Below, piece by piece: positions 9,401-19,146 of a stretch of DNA of 64,000 nucleotides; positions within the stretch are counted from its first letter, which is position 1, and each line of letters starts with the position of its first letter. The notes below the pieces were generated by a model. It did no database searches and was not told the origin of the DNA. It worked only from the letters and a program-made list of their open reading frames with translations. The position numbers and the translations under genes are program-made. The DNA lies in NCBI GenBank assembly GCA_003649205.1, contig QMRC01000003.1:192001-256000 (forward strand). The letters are read 5' to 3'. The DNA is from Thermoprotei archaeon. Lineage in GTDB: Archaea > Thermoproteota > Thermoprotei > Thermoproteales > B15-G16.

Positions 9401-11390
9401 AAGGATCTACTTCCCCTTCTCAGCTATTGTAGGTTTAGAGAAGGCAAAACTTGCACTCCTAGCAGTTGCTGTTGATCCAACAATTGGTGGTGTACTACTG
9501 TGTGGTGATAAAGGAACTGGAAAGACTACACTTGTGAGATCACTAGCACAGATACTACCTGAAGTACCTGTTGTGAAGGGTTGTCCATTTAACTGCAATC
9601 CCCTTAACCCTTATGAGATGTGTGAAGAGCATTACCAAGCATGGCTTCGTGGTGAGAAGCTCGAGATTGAGTACAAACCAATGAGGGTTATCGACTTACC
9701 ACTTAATGTAACTGTCGATCGATTAGTTGGCACCATAGATGTTGAGCGTGCACTGAGAGAAGGTAAAGTAGTGTTTAAACCAGGTATACTAGCAGAGGCT
9801 AATAGAAACATCCTATATATTGACGAAGTTAATCTACTCGATGACTACATAGCTGACCTCCTACTAGATGCAGCAGCTACGGGTTGGAACATAGTTGAAC
9901 GTGAAGGAATTTCGTTTAGACACCCAGCACGCTTCGTACTTGTTGGTAGTATGAATCCTGAAGAGGGTGAATTAAGGCCACAGATCCTGGATAGATTTGG
10001 ACTCTTTGTCGATGTTTCTGCATCAATGAATCCTGAGGAAAGAGCTGAGATCGTTAGGAGAGTTGAGGAATTTCATAGAGATCCCTTATCCTTTATTAAG
10101 AAGTTTGAGAGTGAGGAGAGGAAAATTCGTGAAACAGTTGCTAGAGCTAGGGAACTAATTAGGGAAGTTCATATAGACAATGACCTACTGAAGCTCGTTG
10201 CTGAGACCATGGTCAAGCTACGTGTAAGAACCCATAGAGCCGACATAGTTGTAGTTAAGACAGCTAAAGCTATTGCTACACTAGATGGTAGAACACGTGT
10301 CGAACTAGAGGATGTGAAGAAAGCTATGGAGCTAGCGTTACCACATAGAATCAAGACAACTGCACCTCAAAACCCTAGACAAGCAAGTGAGCTTCTAGAG
10401 AAAGTCCTCAATGAAGTACTCGGTACTAAACAGGAATTAAGTACTGAGCACTCTCATAAGCACGCAGCAGGAAGCAGTTCTAGGGTAAATATTAGCGATA
10501 CACATGTAGCTATTGGCTCTGGCATCAGCGGTAAAGATAGCATTATAGCTAAACTAGGAGACCTAACACCTACATCACAGGGACTAACCTCATTACCCAC
10601 AACAATAACTAAGTCATCAACTATCCGTGAATTACACTTAACACCAACAACACCAACGAAGGGACGTACATCAAGAGAATGTAGTGTAACTCTAGTAGCA
10701 GTCGGTAGAGGTCGTGTCATTTACCACACAGTACCCGTTCACGACAGTGAGTACAGGGATATAGACTTAGTTGCTACACTTAGAGCTACAGTTTCAAGAT
10801 GCCTCACAACTAAGTTACCGATCCCGAGTCAAGACATTAGGGTAAGAGTTAGGAGAGTTAAGGTACCTGTACTCAATATAGTGGTGCTGGATGCTAGTGG
10901 TAGCATGTTAGCACTAAACAGAATTCAACTAGCTAGGGAGCTAGTTGAGAAGCTAGCGACTAGGAGCTACGTTACAAGATCTAGCATAGCCATTGTAGTG
11001 TTCAGAGGAAGAAGTGCATCGTGTATTCTACCACCTACGAGATGCTATGCAAAGGCTCTCGAACTCCTCAGGGAAATTGAGGTAGGGGGATCAACTCCTC
11101 TCTTCCACGGATTACTGGAGGCTTACAACGTAGCTAAGCTCTATAGACTGAGGTATCCGCTCTCTCGAGTCCACATATACTTAGTAAGTGATGGTAAGGT
11201 AAATGTACTGCTGACCGGCGACTTAGATCAAGATATTCGCACTATAGCCACATTACTTGAGAAACTCCAGTGTAAGCTCACTATATTCGAAGTTCGAGGA
11301 GAGTACTCACTCAATATTGGAATGAGTGTTATTGAGAAGTTAGCTGAGATGACTAATGGAGAGTACAGAGTAATCTACGTCAGCAAGTAA
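9375..11390 (+). CDS. Fused ChlI/ChlD-type chelatase ATPase (AAA+ domain, linker, vWA domain)
   Basis: FPFSAIVG, Walker A GDKGTGKT, Walker B LYIDEVNLL, NPEEGELRPQILDRFG, then MIDAS DASGS, GGSTPL and SDG. Confidence 0.92.
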   Translation: MMYLSQGSRRIYFPFSAIVGLEKAKLALLAVAVDPTIGGVLLCGDKGTGKTTLVRSLAQILPEVPVVKGCPFNCNPLNPYEMCEEHYQAWLRGEKLEIEYKPMRVIDLPLNVTVDRLVGTIDVERALREGKVVFKPGILAEANRNILYIDEVNLLDDYIADLLLDAAATGWNIVEREGISFRHPARFVLVGSMNPEEGELRPQILDRFGLFVDVSASMNPEERAEIVRRVEEFHRDPLSFIKKFESEERKIRETVARARELIREVHIDNDLLKLVAETMVKLRVRTHRADIVVVKTAKAIATLDGRTRVELEDVKKAMELALPHRIKTTAPQNPRQASELLEKVLNEVLGTKQELSTEHSHKHAAGSSSRVNISDTHVAIGSGISGKDSIIAKLGDLTPTSQGLTSLPTTITKSSTIRELHLTPTTPTKGRTSRECSVTLVAVGRGRVIYHTVPVHDSEYRDIDLVATLRATVSRCLTTKLPIPSQDIRVRVRRVKVPVLNIVVLDASGSMLALNRIQLARELVEKLATRSYVTRSSIAIVVFRGRSASCILPPTRCYAKALELLREIEVGGSTPLFHGLLEAYNVAKLYRLRYPLSRVHIYLVSDGKVNVLLTGDLDQDIRTIATLLEKLQCKLTIFEVRGEYSLNIGMSVIEKLAEMTNGEYRVIYVSK

Positions 11391-12327
11391 ACGAGGAATA
11401 GCTGCAGAGGCAACGAGGTGATTGATATCGAGAGCGAAATAGCGACCAATTTCACAACTAGCTTAGGAGGATAGAGTGAGAGATATAGTGGAACTACGTG
11501 TCGAGGATAATCAGATAACACAATGAAGAGAAACCTAGTCAGCACCAGTACGAGAAGCGCTTCTCTACAACTGAGGAAACTAGATCTAACAAATTCACCT
11601 ACTAGGAATACAGCAGTAACCGGACTAATAATACCTGTACACACAACAATAACGAAATGGTACGAAAAACCTAATGTGTGAGGCAATGGAGTTACTACAT
11701 TACTGAGGTAAGTAGTTACATTCAGTACCGTGAAGATTACTACTAACGCAGTAGCAACTATGTAACGAGGAACAATTCTCGAGAGAGCATGAATTGCTAA
11801 GTGCAGAGACCTACGAAGTACCTCGCGTAAACTATAGGAAGCACTAACCTCAATAGTACGACTAGGCTCCGTGTAAATTCCATGTACTTTAGATCTACCG
11901 TACACAATAGCGACTAGCAAACTTATGATCTGCGGAACAAGTGCTAGCAATAGGTACCTCAGTCCCAGAGAAACTCCGAGAGCAACCAACACAACAGGTA
12001 TGTAGTACCTATGAGGTGGGTGATCAGCGTAAAGGGTCTCCTAGGCAGTACATACGCAATCACAACATCATCCCCTACGACGCCTCCAGTCCTTAACTCA
12101 GAGAGGTATGCTTGCTCAACCTTAACATCCACTACGGCGGCAGGTATGAGAACTGCTAAGTCTGGTGGTAACCTCGCTAGTAACATAAGCGACCTGAAGG
12201 GTTTACACAGAATTCTCGAAATACCTAGCTCGTAGACCATACCCAGAACGAGAACGCCAAGGAACATCAGTGTGATGGAGATGGCTACATACCTGAGGTA
12301 AGACAGGACTAGTGATGCTAAGTCCAA
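11375..12327 (-). pseudogene. Nucleoside-recognition (Gate) domain membrane protein interrupted by a 1-nt frameshift near 12010
   Basis: Two overlapping hydrophobic ORFs join as ...LITHL(I)/RYYIPVVLVALG...; ILCKPFRSLMLLARLP and GIISPVTA resemble Gate repeats; TTG start at 12327 with GAGGT RBS. Confidence 0.6.
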
Positions 12328-12331
12328 GTCA

Positions 12332-13129
12332 CTAAACCTCAGTACTAGCTCTTGGAACAACTACCACAAAACCACAGTGCTCAAACCTAACGAAGTCAAC
12401 ACCATAGACCTCCCTAAGTACCTCAGGTCTCAATACATCACGTGGACTACCGCAAGCCACAACACGCCCCCTACTCATTAGCAGCACCTTATCACTGAAA
12501 CTAGCTGCTAAAACAGGATCGTGCATTGCCATGATAGCTGCATCTACTCTACCCGACTTCACCAACTTCCTAACAACTGAAAGCACACGTACACTATTGA
12601 CAATATCTAGGTGTGCCGTTGGTTCATCGAGGAGTAATACCTTTGCTTCCTGTACAAGCGCTCTTGCAATCAGTACCAACTGCATCTGACCACCGCTCAA
12701 CTCAGTAATAGACCTCTCGAGAAGATCCTCGATACCAAGTAACTTAGCTACCTCGTGAACTTTCTCGTAATCCCTTCGAGAAGGTAGTGAGAACATCGTG
12801 TGGTGAGGTGCTCTACCCATTAATATAAAGTCAAGTACCCTGTACGCAAATATGCTGTGATGTGTCTGAGGTACATAGCCGAAATACTTAGCGAGCTCTC
12901 TAGAACTAAGTTCATCCCATCTACGCTTACCATTAATGTACACTACACCTCTCGGTTCGAGAAGTCTAAGTATGCACTTGAGAAGCGTAGTCTTCCCAGC
13001 ACCATTTGGGCCCAGTACTGTCACTACCTCTCCACTATACACCTCAAACTCCACATCACGTAGAGCAACTAGATCACGAGAGTACGTGTAGCTAAGTCCC
13101 TCTACCCGAAGTACACACCTCATCTCCAC
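12332..13129 (-). CDS. ABC transporter ATP-binding subunit (FepC/BtuD type)
   Basis: GPNGAGKT, LSGGQ and LLLDEPTAHLD. Confidence 0.93.
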   Translation of the reverse strand: MEMRCVLRVEGLSYTYSRDLVALRDVEFEVYSGEVVTVLGPNGAGKTTLLKCILRLLEPRGVVYINGKRRWDELSSRELAKYFGYVPQTHHSIFAYRVLDFILMGRAPHHTMFSLPSRRDYEKVHEVAKLLGIEDLLERSITELSGGQMQLVLIARALVQEAKVLLLDEPTAHLDIVNSVRVLSVVRKLVKSGRVDAAIMAMHDPVLAASFSDKVLLMSRGRVVACGSPRDVLRPEVLREVYGVDFVRFEHCGFVVVVPRASTEV

Positions 13130-14136
13130 ACACCACTTGCTCTCCTAAGTAAGTATATGTAGAGTGGTGCACCCATGATCGTCGTGAGAACACCAATCGG
13201 TAGCTCCTCACTCGTGAGACACCTAGCTAAGTCATCAGCTAGTACCATGTACGTAGCACCAAACACAATACTGTATGTCACCACCACCCTATTGTCCGTA
13301 CCCAACATGAGCCTAACTATGTGGGGCACTAGTAGCCCAACCCACCCGATGATTCCGGTGTAGGCTACAGTAGCTGAAGTCATGAGAGCACAGATAGCAG
13401 TCAACAAACCTCGTTCCACAGTTGGATTCACACCAAGTGCTCTAGCCTCTTCATCTCCAAGAGATAGTACATTAAGTCTCCACCTCATAAACCAGATAAC
13501 GAGTATACAGGGTAGTGATATAGCTAACATACGCATAATCTTGTACCAAAACGCTGCTTGACCAATATCACCCATCAACCAGAAGACTATTGAGGCCAAT
13601 CTATGAGGATCTGGAGCTAAGTACTTAACAAGTGCTAGAGCTGCTGAGAAAAATGCATTAACTATGACACCAGAGAGGACAAGAGCTATTACCCCACCTC
13701 TCCCCCAACTCCAAGCTAGGACAAATGCCAGCATGAATGCGATGAGTGAGAAACAAAAAGCAACCAACTCTACCGGTACTGTTGGCGGTAAGAACGCTAT
13801 AGCTAATGCAGCACCGAACCCAGCACCTGAAGCTATGCCCAGAATGTAGGTATCAACTAAGGGGTTACGAAGCATTGATTGCAGAGCGGCACCAGAAACA
13901 GCTAGGACAGCTCCTGTAATAGCTGCTGCAATAGCTCTAGGTGCTCTATAGAGCAGTACAATCACTCGAACTGTCTCAGGTGGACTATGAATAAGGTGAG
14001 GGAATACAGCTGACAACACCACCTCAAGTACGGTCTTAGGGTCGGTCCTATAGTGACCCAGTAGGAGAGAGATCAAGATTGCTAGCGGTAGAGAAAAAGA
14101 AACAAATAGCTTTGGTACTAGCTTCCTCAAGGACAC
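13120..14136 (-). CDS. FecCD/BtuC-family ABC permease
   Basis: RNPLVDTYILGIASGA, LGDEEARALGV, GIIGWVGLLVPHIVR and ELPIGVLT. Confidence 0.93.
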   Translation of the reverse strand: MSLRKLVPKLFVSFSLPLAILISLLLGHYRTDPKTVLEVVLSAVFPHLIHSPPETVRVIVLLYRAPRAIAAAITGAVLAVSGAALQSMLRNPLVDTYILGIASGAGFGAALAIAFLPPTVPVELVAFCFSLIAFMLAFVLAWSWGRGGVIALVLSGVIVNAFFSAALALVKYLAPDPHRLASIVFWLMGDIGQAAFWYKIMRMLAISLPCILVIWFMRWRLNVLSLGDEEARALGVNPTVERGLLTAICALMTSATVAYTGIIGWVGLLVPHIVRLMLGTDNRVVVTYSIVFGATYMVLADDLARCLTSEELPIGVLTTIMGAPLYIYLLRRASGVWR

Positions 14137-14143
14137 TCACCCA

Positions 14144-16204
14144 CTAACCAGCGCTAGCAACCTCAGAATACAGTATACCATACCACTCCATGTAGTATTT
14201 ATTAGCTATCTCCATGAAGTTTATGTCACTAAACCTATCTGGGTACATCTTACACGCTAACCACAGCACGAATAAGGTTAAATCTGGGCCCCAATGCTCG
14301 TAGTAAGGCTCCTTGTACACTCTACCCTCTTTAACCGCCTTAACGACACTCCACTTAGGATCCTTGAGGAGATCCTCAGGACCGTACTTAGCCCACCACC
14401 AAATCACTATCATATCTGGATTCCACTTAACAATACGCTCAAAGTCAACAGTTACATAGCTCTTGTCTGGAAACTCCTTTGCTGCAACATTTACACCACC
14501 AGCGAGAACAATAGCATCATTCATGGTACCTCTACCACCTTGAACTCTAGTAGGCTTACTCCATAGATACAGCACACGTACTCTCTTCTCAGATGGTATG
14601 TCCTTTATCCTCTCTCGAACTAACATCAGTAGGTTATCCATATCGTTAATGATCTTCTTGACCCTATCGACCACACCATACAGCACACCTAAACACCATA
14701 GCAACCTCCTGACATCATCGTAACTATAGAGATGAACTTTCACAACTGGAATACCGAGCTTCTCAATCTGCTCAACAACACTTGGCTTATATGGCCAAAT
14801 TATGACGACGTCAGGTCTCAACATCTCAAGCACCTCTATGTTCACCTTAAACGAGGAGCCTGGACTAGGTATGTCCTTGATCTTGGGATACACCTTCAGC
14901 AGTACAGGATTCTTCTTAGCATACTTCGACACACCAACGAGTCTATCCATAACACCTAGAGCTAGGTCAGAGAGGTACGATATCAAGTCAACTACTTTCT
15001 TCACCTTTCTCGGTACCTTAACCACATTACCCAATGGATCGACAATTTCCTTCCACTCAATACTGTACGCAGCAAATGCCTGCTTAGGTATATCAATACC
15101 GTAGAAGTGCTCGAGCAGATACTCCATATCACCCCTCCAGTCGACTTCCCTATACACGTCCGGGTACAGGAGCTTCGCAATGTACTCTCTACCAATGATG
15201 TCTCTCGGACCCCAATCAAGAACTCCACCAATGCTACCCCAGCAAGGAACTACGTAGATTCTACCACTCTTGTAAGCCTTGAGAACATGCCACCTAGTAT
15301 CACTAGCAACCTTATCCAGTACCTTCTGTACGTACTTCACAGATGAGGTAATGAATACTACATCTGGATCCCACTTCACTAAAGTCTCGAAATCAACCTT
15401 AGGCCACTTCTTATTTGGGAACTCATGTAATGCCACATTGACAGCACCTATATCCTCTACAGCTCTACCCCACGAAGCATTTGCATAGAGCGAAAGAGCA
15501 CCACCCTTGAGAACACTCGAACCACTGATGAAAACAACTTTAAGTCTCTTACTCTCAGGTACCTTTGCACCAAGCTCCTTCAACTTACCGTACCTAGTCT
15601 TGATGAACTCAATAAGCTTCTTAGCCTTCTCCTCAGCACCAAGTACCTTACCCAAGATCTCAATTGCCTTTATCTCATCTTCGATACCTCTAATGAAGAG
15701 ACCAATGACAGGTATCCCCATTTGCTCAAGTTTCTTAATAATCTCATCAGCCTTACCATAGCCGAAGTCCATAATTACGACATCTGGCTTCAGAGAAGCT
15801 ATAGCCTCAACATTGACACCTCTAAATATGCTTCCAACCTTAGGTAGGTCCCTGACTTCAGGGGGTAGGTACTCATCGTAAGGTACGTAGCTACCAACAC
15901 CAACAATAGTATTAGCCTTACCGAGAGCTACAATTACCTCAGCCCAGTATGACTGAAGAACTACAACCCTCTCAGCAGGTTTAGCTAACTCAATAGTCTT
16001 CCCTCTAAAGTCCTTAATCACAATAGCTGGTTTAGTAGGTTTGGTAGGTTTAGTGGGTGGTGGAGGTGCTGTAGGTTTAGATGGTCTAGCGCTATAGTAG
16101 AGATATGTAGTGATTACAGCTGCTACAATTGCTACAATTACTACCACTAGGATTGTAACCAGAACCCACTTACTGATACCTACTTGCGACCTCATTAGAC
16201 TCAC
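14144..16204 (-). CDS. Membrane-anchored ABC substrate-binding protein with two tandem FecB/BtuF-like domains
   Basis: N-terminal TM helix, P/T/K linker, then two copies of DxxG..ERVV/KKVV..NxE.L..L(K/R)PDVVI..vdFE.lvKW.PD..W..lKA.K.GR.Y. Confidence 0.9.
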   Translation of the reverse strand: MSLMRSQVGISKWVLVTILVVVIVAIVAAVITTYLYYSARPSKPTAPPPPTKPTKPTKPAIVIKDFRGKTIELAKPAERVVVLQSYWAEVIVALGKANTIVGVGSYVPYDEYLPPEVRDLPKVGSIFRGVNVEAIASLKPDVVIMDFGYGKADEIIKKLEQMGIPVIGLFIRGIEDEIKAIEILGKVLGAEEKAKKLIEFIKTRYGKLKELGAKVPESKRLKVVFISGSSVLKGGALSLYANASWGRAVEDIGAVNVALHEFPNKKWPKVDFETLVKWDPDVVFITSSVKYVQKVLDKVASDTRWHVLKAYKSGRIYVVPCWGSIGGVLDWGPRDIIGREYIAKLLYPDVYREVDWRGDMEYLLEHFYGIDIPKQAFAAYSIEWKEIVDPLGNVVKVPRKVKKVVDLISYLSDLALGVMDRLVGVSKYAKKNPVLLKVYPKIKDIPSPGSSFKVNIEVLEMLRPDVVIIWPYKPSVVEQIEKLGIPVVKVHLYSYDDVRRLLWCLGVLYGVVDRVKKIINDMDNLLMLVRERIKDIPSEKRVRVLYLWSKPTRVQGGRGTMNDAIVLAGGVNVAAKEFPDKSYVTVDFERIVKWNPDMIVIWWWAKYGPEDLLKDPKWSVVKAVKEGRVYKEPYYEHWGPDLTLFVLWLACKMYPDRFSDINFMEIANKYYMEWYGILYSEVASAG
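16029..16055. repeat. Three-copy 9-bp tandem repeat encoding the (P)TKP linker
   Basis: ggtttagta ggtttggta ggtttagtg. Confidence 0.7.
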
Positions 16205-16234
16205 CCAAATTCAAGCTGTGTTAATACTAACTTC

Positions 16235-16259
16235 AATATTTTTTAATACTTTCAGTATG
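16235..16259. promoter_or_regulatory. Inverted-repeat operator AATATT-N13-AGTATG overlapping the ABC-operon promoter
   Basis: Same half-sites and 13-nt spacer as 5485-5509; spacer holds the minus-strand TATA-like TATTAAAA; extra TAATACT half-sites at 16222 and 16244. Confidence 0.45.
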
Positions 16260-16426
16260 AGTGCACTACGGTAATGGTAGTACCATAGCTGGGGACATGG
16301 TTCCAGAGGCACTATTAAGTACCTTACTTGAGCTTGGTACTGTGCGTCCTTGCTTAAGTCACATATAGTGAATGAGTTACTTCTTCATCTGAGAAAGACA
16401 CTAAATCACTACTGAGTACTCATGTG

Positions 16427-16846
16427 TCATGGCTTGACCTGCGGGTATAGGTCCACTAGCTTCTTAACCCTCTCATAGACGTAGTGAGCCATGTACAATG
16501 CCTCTTCTGCGTCCTCACGATCATACAGAGCTTCTGGTGGAAGTCCGGACTCTTCATCACCGTACATACTTGGTTCCTTCTCTCTACGTAATCTCCTTGA
16601 GTATCTGGCCATAGTTGGTATATCACGACGAAACCATTCAGGGAATCTATCGGCTTCTCTCCTCAGTATTGGTCCAACATCGTGCCAACGAGGAGGCTCT
16701 ACACCAACTAATCTTAGTGCTGCTTTGAGCAACAGCTCGACAGCCTCTTGACATTGCCTCACTACATAGGGGTAGTTCCCTCTTTCAAGAGCTTCTCTAG
16801 CATGGTGAATCCTCTCCTCAGCTTGTCTCACGTAGGATAGTGCCAT
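16427..16846 (-). CDS. HEPN domain protein (COG2250 type)
   Basis: CQEAVELLLKA, PPRWHDV, SMYGDE and Y...DAEEAL; downstream of an MNT gene. Confidence 0.88.
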   Translation of the reverse strand: MALSYVRQAEERIHHAREALERGNYPYVVRQCQEAVELLLKAALRLVGVEPPRWHDVGPILRREADRFPEWFRRDIPTMARYSRRLRREKEPSMYGDEESGLPPEALYDREDAEEALYMAHYVYERVKKLVDLYPQVKP

Positions 16847-16857
16847 CTCTGTATTCC

Positions 16858-17364
16858 TCAGATCTCAATCACCTCACCAAACCTATAATCACGCTTCAAC
16901 CTCCAGTACCATAACTTACCAAATCTCACTCTCTCAGCACCGAGCTCCTCCAATCTCCTCCTCAAATTCTCGAGGATATTCCTGAAGAAGTCATCCCTAT
17001 CATACAGCAACACAGCATCCTCAACAAGATCTAGGTACAGAGGTACAACCCTACTCGCTTCCTCCGGTGTCTTCAGTATTGGAGAGAACTCAATGTAGTA
17101 ACCTCGCCTCTCCAACTCCTCAAGCAAAGGCTCTAACTCCTTCTCAACTTCCATGAACAAGTCCTGTCTCCTAAACCTACCCCTAGGGAGATTCCTAACC
17201 ACAATAATCAAATCTACATCACTATCAGGTCTTGCCTCACCCCTAGCTACAGAACCAAAAAGCACAACAGATACCAAGTCATCACCAAACCTCCTCTCAA
17301 GAACCTCAACCAACTTCAAGAGTATACTCCGATACGGCTCAGGTACCTGCGCCAAATTCCTCAA
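16858..17364 (-). CDS. Minimal nucleotidyltransferase (MNT)
   Basis: LFGSVARGEARPDSDVDL (GSx10DxD). Confidence 0.9.
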   Translation of the reverse strand: MRNLAQVPEPYRSILLKLVEVLERRFGDDLVSVVLFGSVARGEARPDSDVDLIIVVRNLPRGRFRRQDLFMEVEKELEPLLEELERRGYYIEFSPILKTPEEASRVVPLYLDLVEDAVLLYDRDDFFRNILENLRRRLEELGAERVRFGKLWYWRLKRDYRFGEVIEI

Positions 17365-17486
17365 AACACATCTACCCCCATTATTGGGAGTAAATCACCC
17401 AATCAACTCATAACAGATGAATTACCACATAACGTAGTACACAAAGCTTTATCTAAATCTGACTACTTTCCTACTAGGGAATCACC

Positions 17487-17981
17487 ATGAAGCCCCCTCA
17501 AGCACTGAAGTACATCTGCGTGTGGCTTGCACTAATCCTAGGCATTGCTACTGGATACGTACTAGATCTCAACTACAGCAGTTACGTACTACTACTCGTA
17601 GGTTATATCATCTTTGGATTAGGTATGTACATCCACTACCTAAGTCATAGAGCACACCCAAGAGCACATAGAGGTATTGAGGAAATAGACTACGTAGCTA
17701 CACATGGAATCTACTCCTGGATTCGACATCCAGGATACCTAGGTCTATCGTTAGCATTCTACGGACTAGCCATAGCATTTGGTAGTGTACCCGGATTAGC
17801 AATAGCTACCGTACTTACACTACATCACTACTACCTCGCAGTTAGAGAAGAGAGATTAATGATCGAGAAGTTCGGTACTGTGTACATTAAGTACATGGAG
17901 GAGGTGCCAGATAGGTTCATACCAGTGAGGAAGATCGCTAAGCACCTTAAGAAGAGGCTATCACCTAAGCAAGCTCTCTAA
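17487..17981 (+). CDS. Isoprenylcysteine carboxylmethyltransferase/PEMT-like membrane protein
   Basis: GIYSWIRHPGY and EERLMIEKFG..Y..Y...VP.RF. Confidence 0.85.
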   Translation: MKPPQALKYICVWLALILGIATGYVLDLNYSSYVLLLVGYIIFGLGMYIHYLSHRAHPRAHRGIEEIDYVATHGIYSWIRHPGYLGLSLAFYGLAIAFGSVPGLAIATVLTLHHYYLAVREERLMIEKFGTVYIKYMEEVPDRFIPVRKIAKHLKKRLSPKQAL

Positions 17982-18029
17982 GACAAAGCTTTTACCTGCT
18001 AACCTCCTCGTTCTCTCTAGGCGATACTC

Positions 18030-19085
18030 ATGAGAGAGGTCATAACAGAGGGTATCAGAGGTATCGTATTCAAGAAGTTAATCACCGAGGTAGAGCTAGA
18101 GGCACCACCTGACTTCAAGATCAAGAAATCAATTATCGAGTACAGACAAGATCCCTTTACAGATCTCTGGGTGAGGATCAGTGTAGAGCGTGCAATGAGA
18201 CCAAGACAAGTACCACTAACACCACCTGAAGTAGAGAGCTGGAAAAGAAAAGACTACGACGAGAAATGCCCCTTCTGCACAGTAGAGAGATCAACACCAA
18301 AGTACCCACCACATATACTGGAGGAAGGTAGGTTAATCGAGAAATCACAGTACCTATTCCCAAACCTATACCCCTTCGCAAAGTACCACGCAGTAGTAAC
18401 ACTAACACCAAAACACTTCAAGGAATACCAAGAACTCACTACCGAGGAGTGGTATCACGCACTACACCTCTCTATAGAGTACTTCAGGAAGATATCTACT
18501 AGGGACAGAGAAGTGAGGTACTTCACCATAAACCTAAACTACCTAGCACCAGCAGGAGCATCAATACTACATCCACACCTACAGCTAGTAGCTGACGTAA
18601 AGCTAGGAAACTACACAGCACTACTCCTACAGAAGTACAGGGAATATAGGAGTAAGTGGGGCACAGACCTCATTCAGGACCTAGTGGAGTCTGAAGAGAA
18701 GCTAGGTGAGAGATTCCTATGGAGAGGTAAATTAGTGACCTGGATCGTAGCCTATGCACCTTGGATACCTGGCGAAATTATAGGCACAGCTCAGGTAAGT
18801 GACATAAGGGAGCTAAGTGATAGCGAAGTAAGGTACCTAGCTGAAGACATAAAGAACCTACTCAACCCCTACAGACAAGCGGTGAAGACAGATAGCATAA
18901 ACGTGAGCATGTACTCACTACCAGGAACAGACCTACCCCTACTCATAAGGATAGGAGCAAGAAAACCACTACAACCATACTACACAAACGACAGAGGATT
19001 CATGGAAGTACTCCACCAAGAACCAATAACAGACATACTACCAGAAAACCTCACCAAAACACTACGTGAACTAAGAAAGCAGTAA
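18030..19085 (+). CDS. galT: Galactose-1-phosphate uridylyltransferase family protein
   Basis: RQDPFT, RAMRP, CPFC, NLYPF and AGASILHPHLQ. Confidence 0.85.
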   Translation: MREVITEGIRGIVFKKLITEVELEAPPDFKIKKSIIEYRQDPFTDLWVRISVERAMRPRQVPLTPPEVESWKRKDYDEKCPFCTVERSTPKYPPHILEEGRLIEKSQYLFPNLYPFAKYHAVVTLTPKHFKEYQELTTEEWYHALHLSIEYFRKISTRDREVRYFTINLNYLAPAGASILHPHLQLVADVKLGNYTALLLQKYREYRSKWGTDLIQDLVESEEKLGERFLWRGKLVTWIVAYAPWIPGEIIGTAQVSDIRELSDSEVRYLAEDIKNLLNPYRQAVKTDSINVSMYSLPGTDLPLLIRIGARKPLQPYYTNDRGFMEVLHQEPITDILPENLTKTLRELRKQ

Positions 19086-19146
19086 CCAAGCACCAAAACA
19101 ACACCCCTTATAGCTTAAATCATACTCAATATCAATGGGGATTTAA

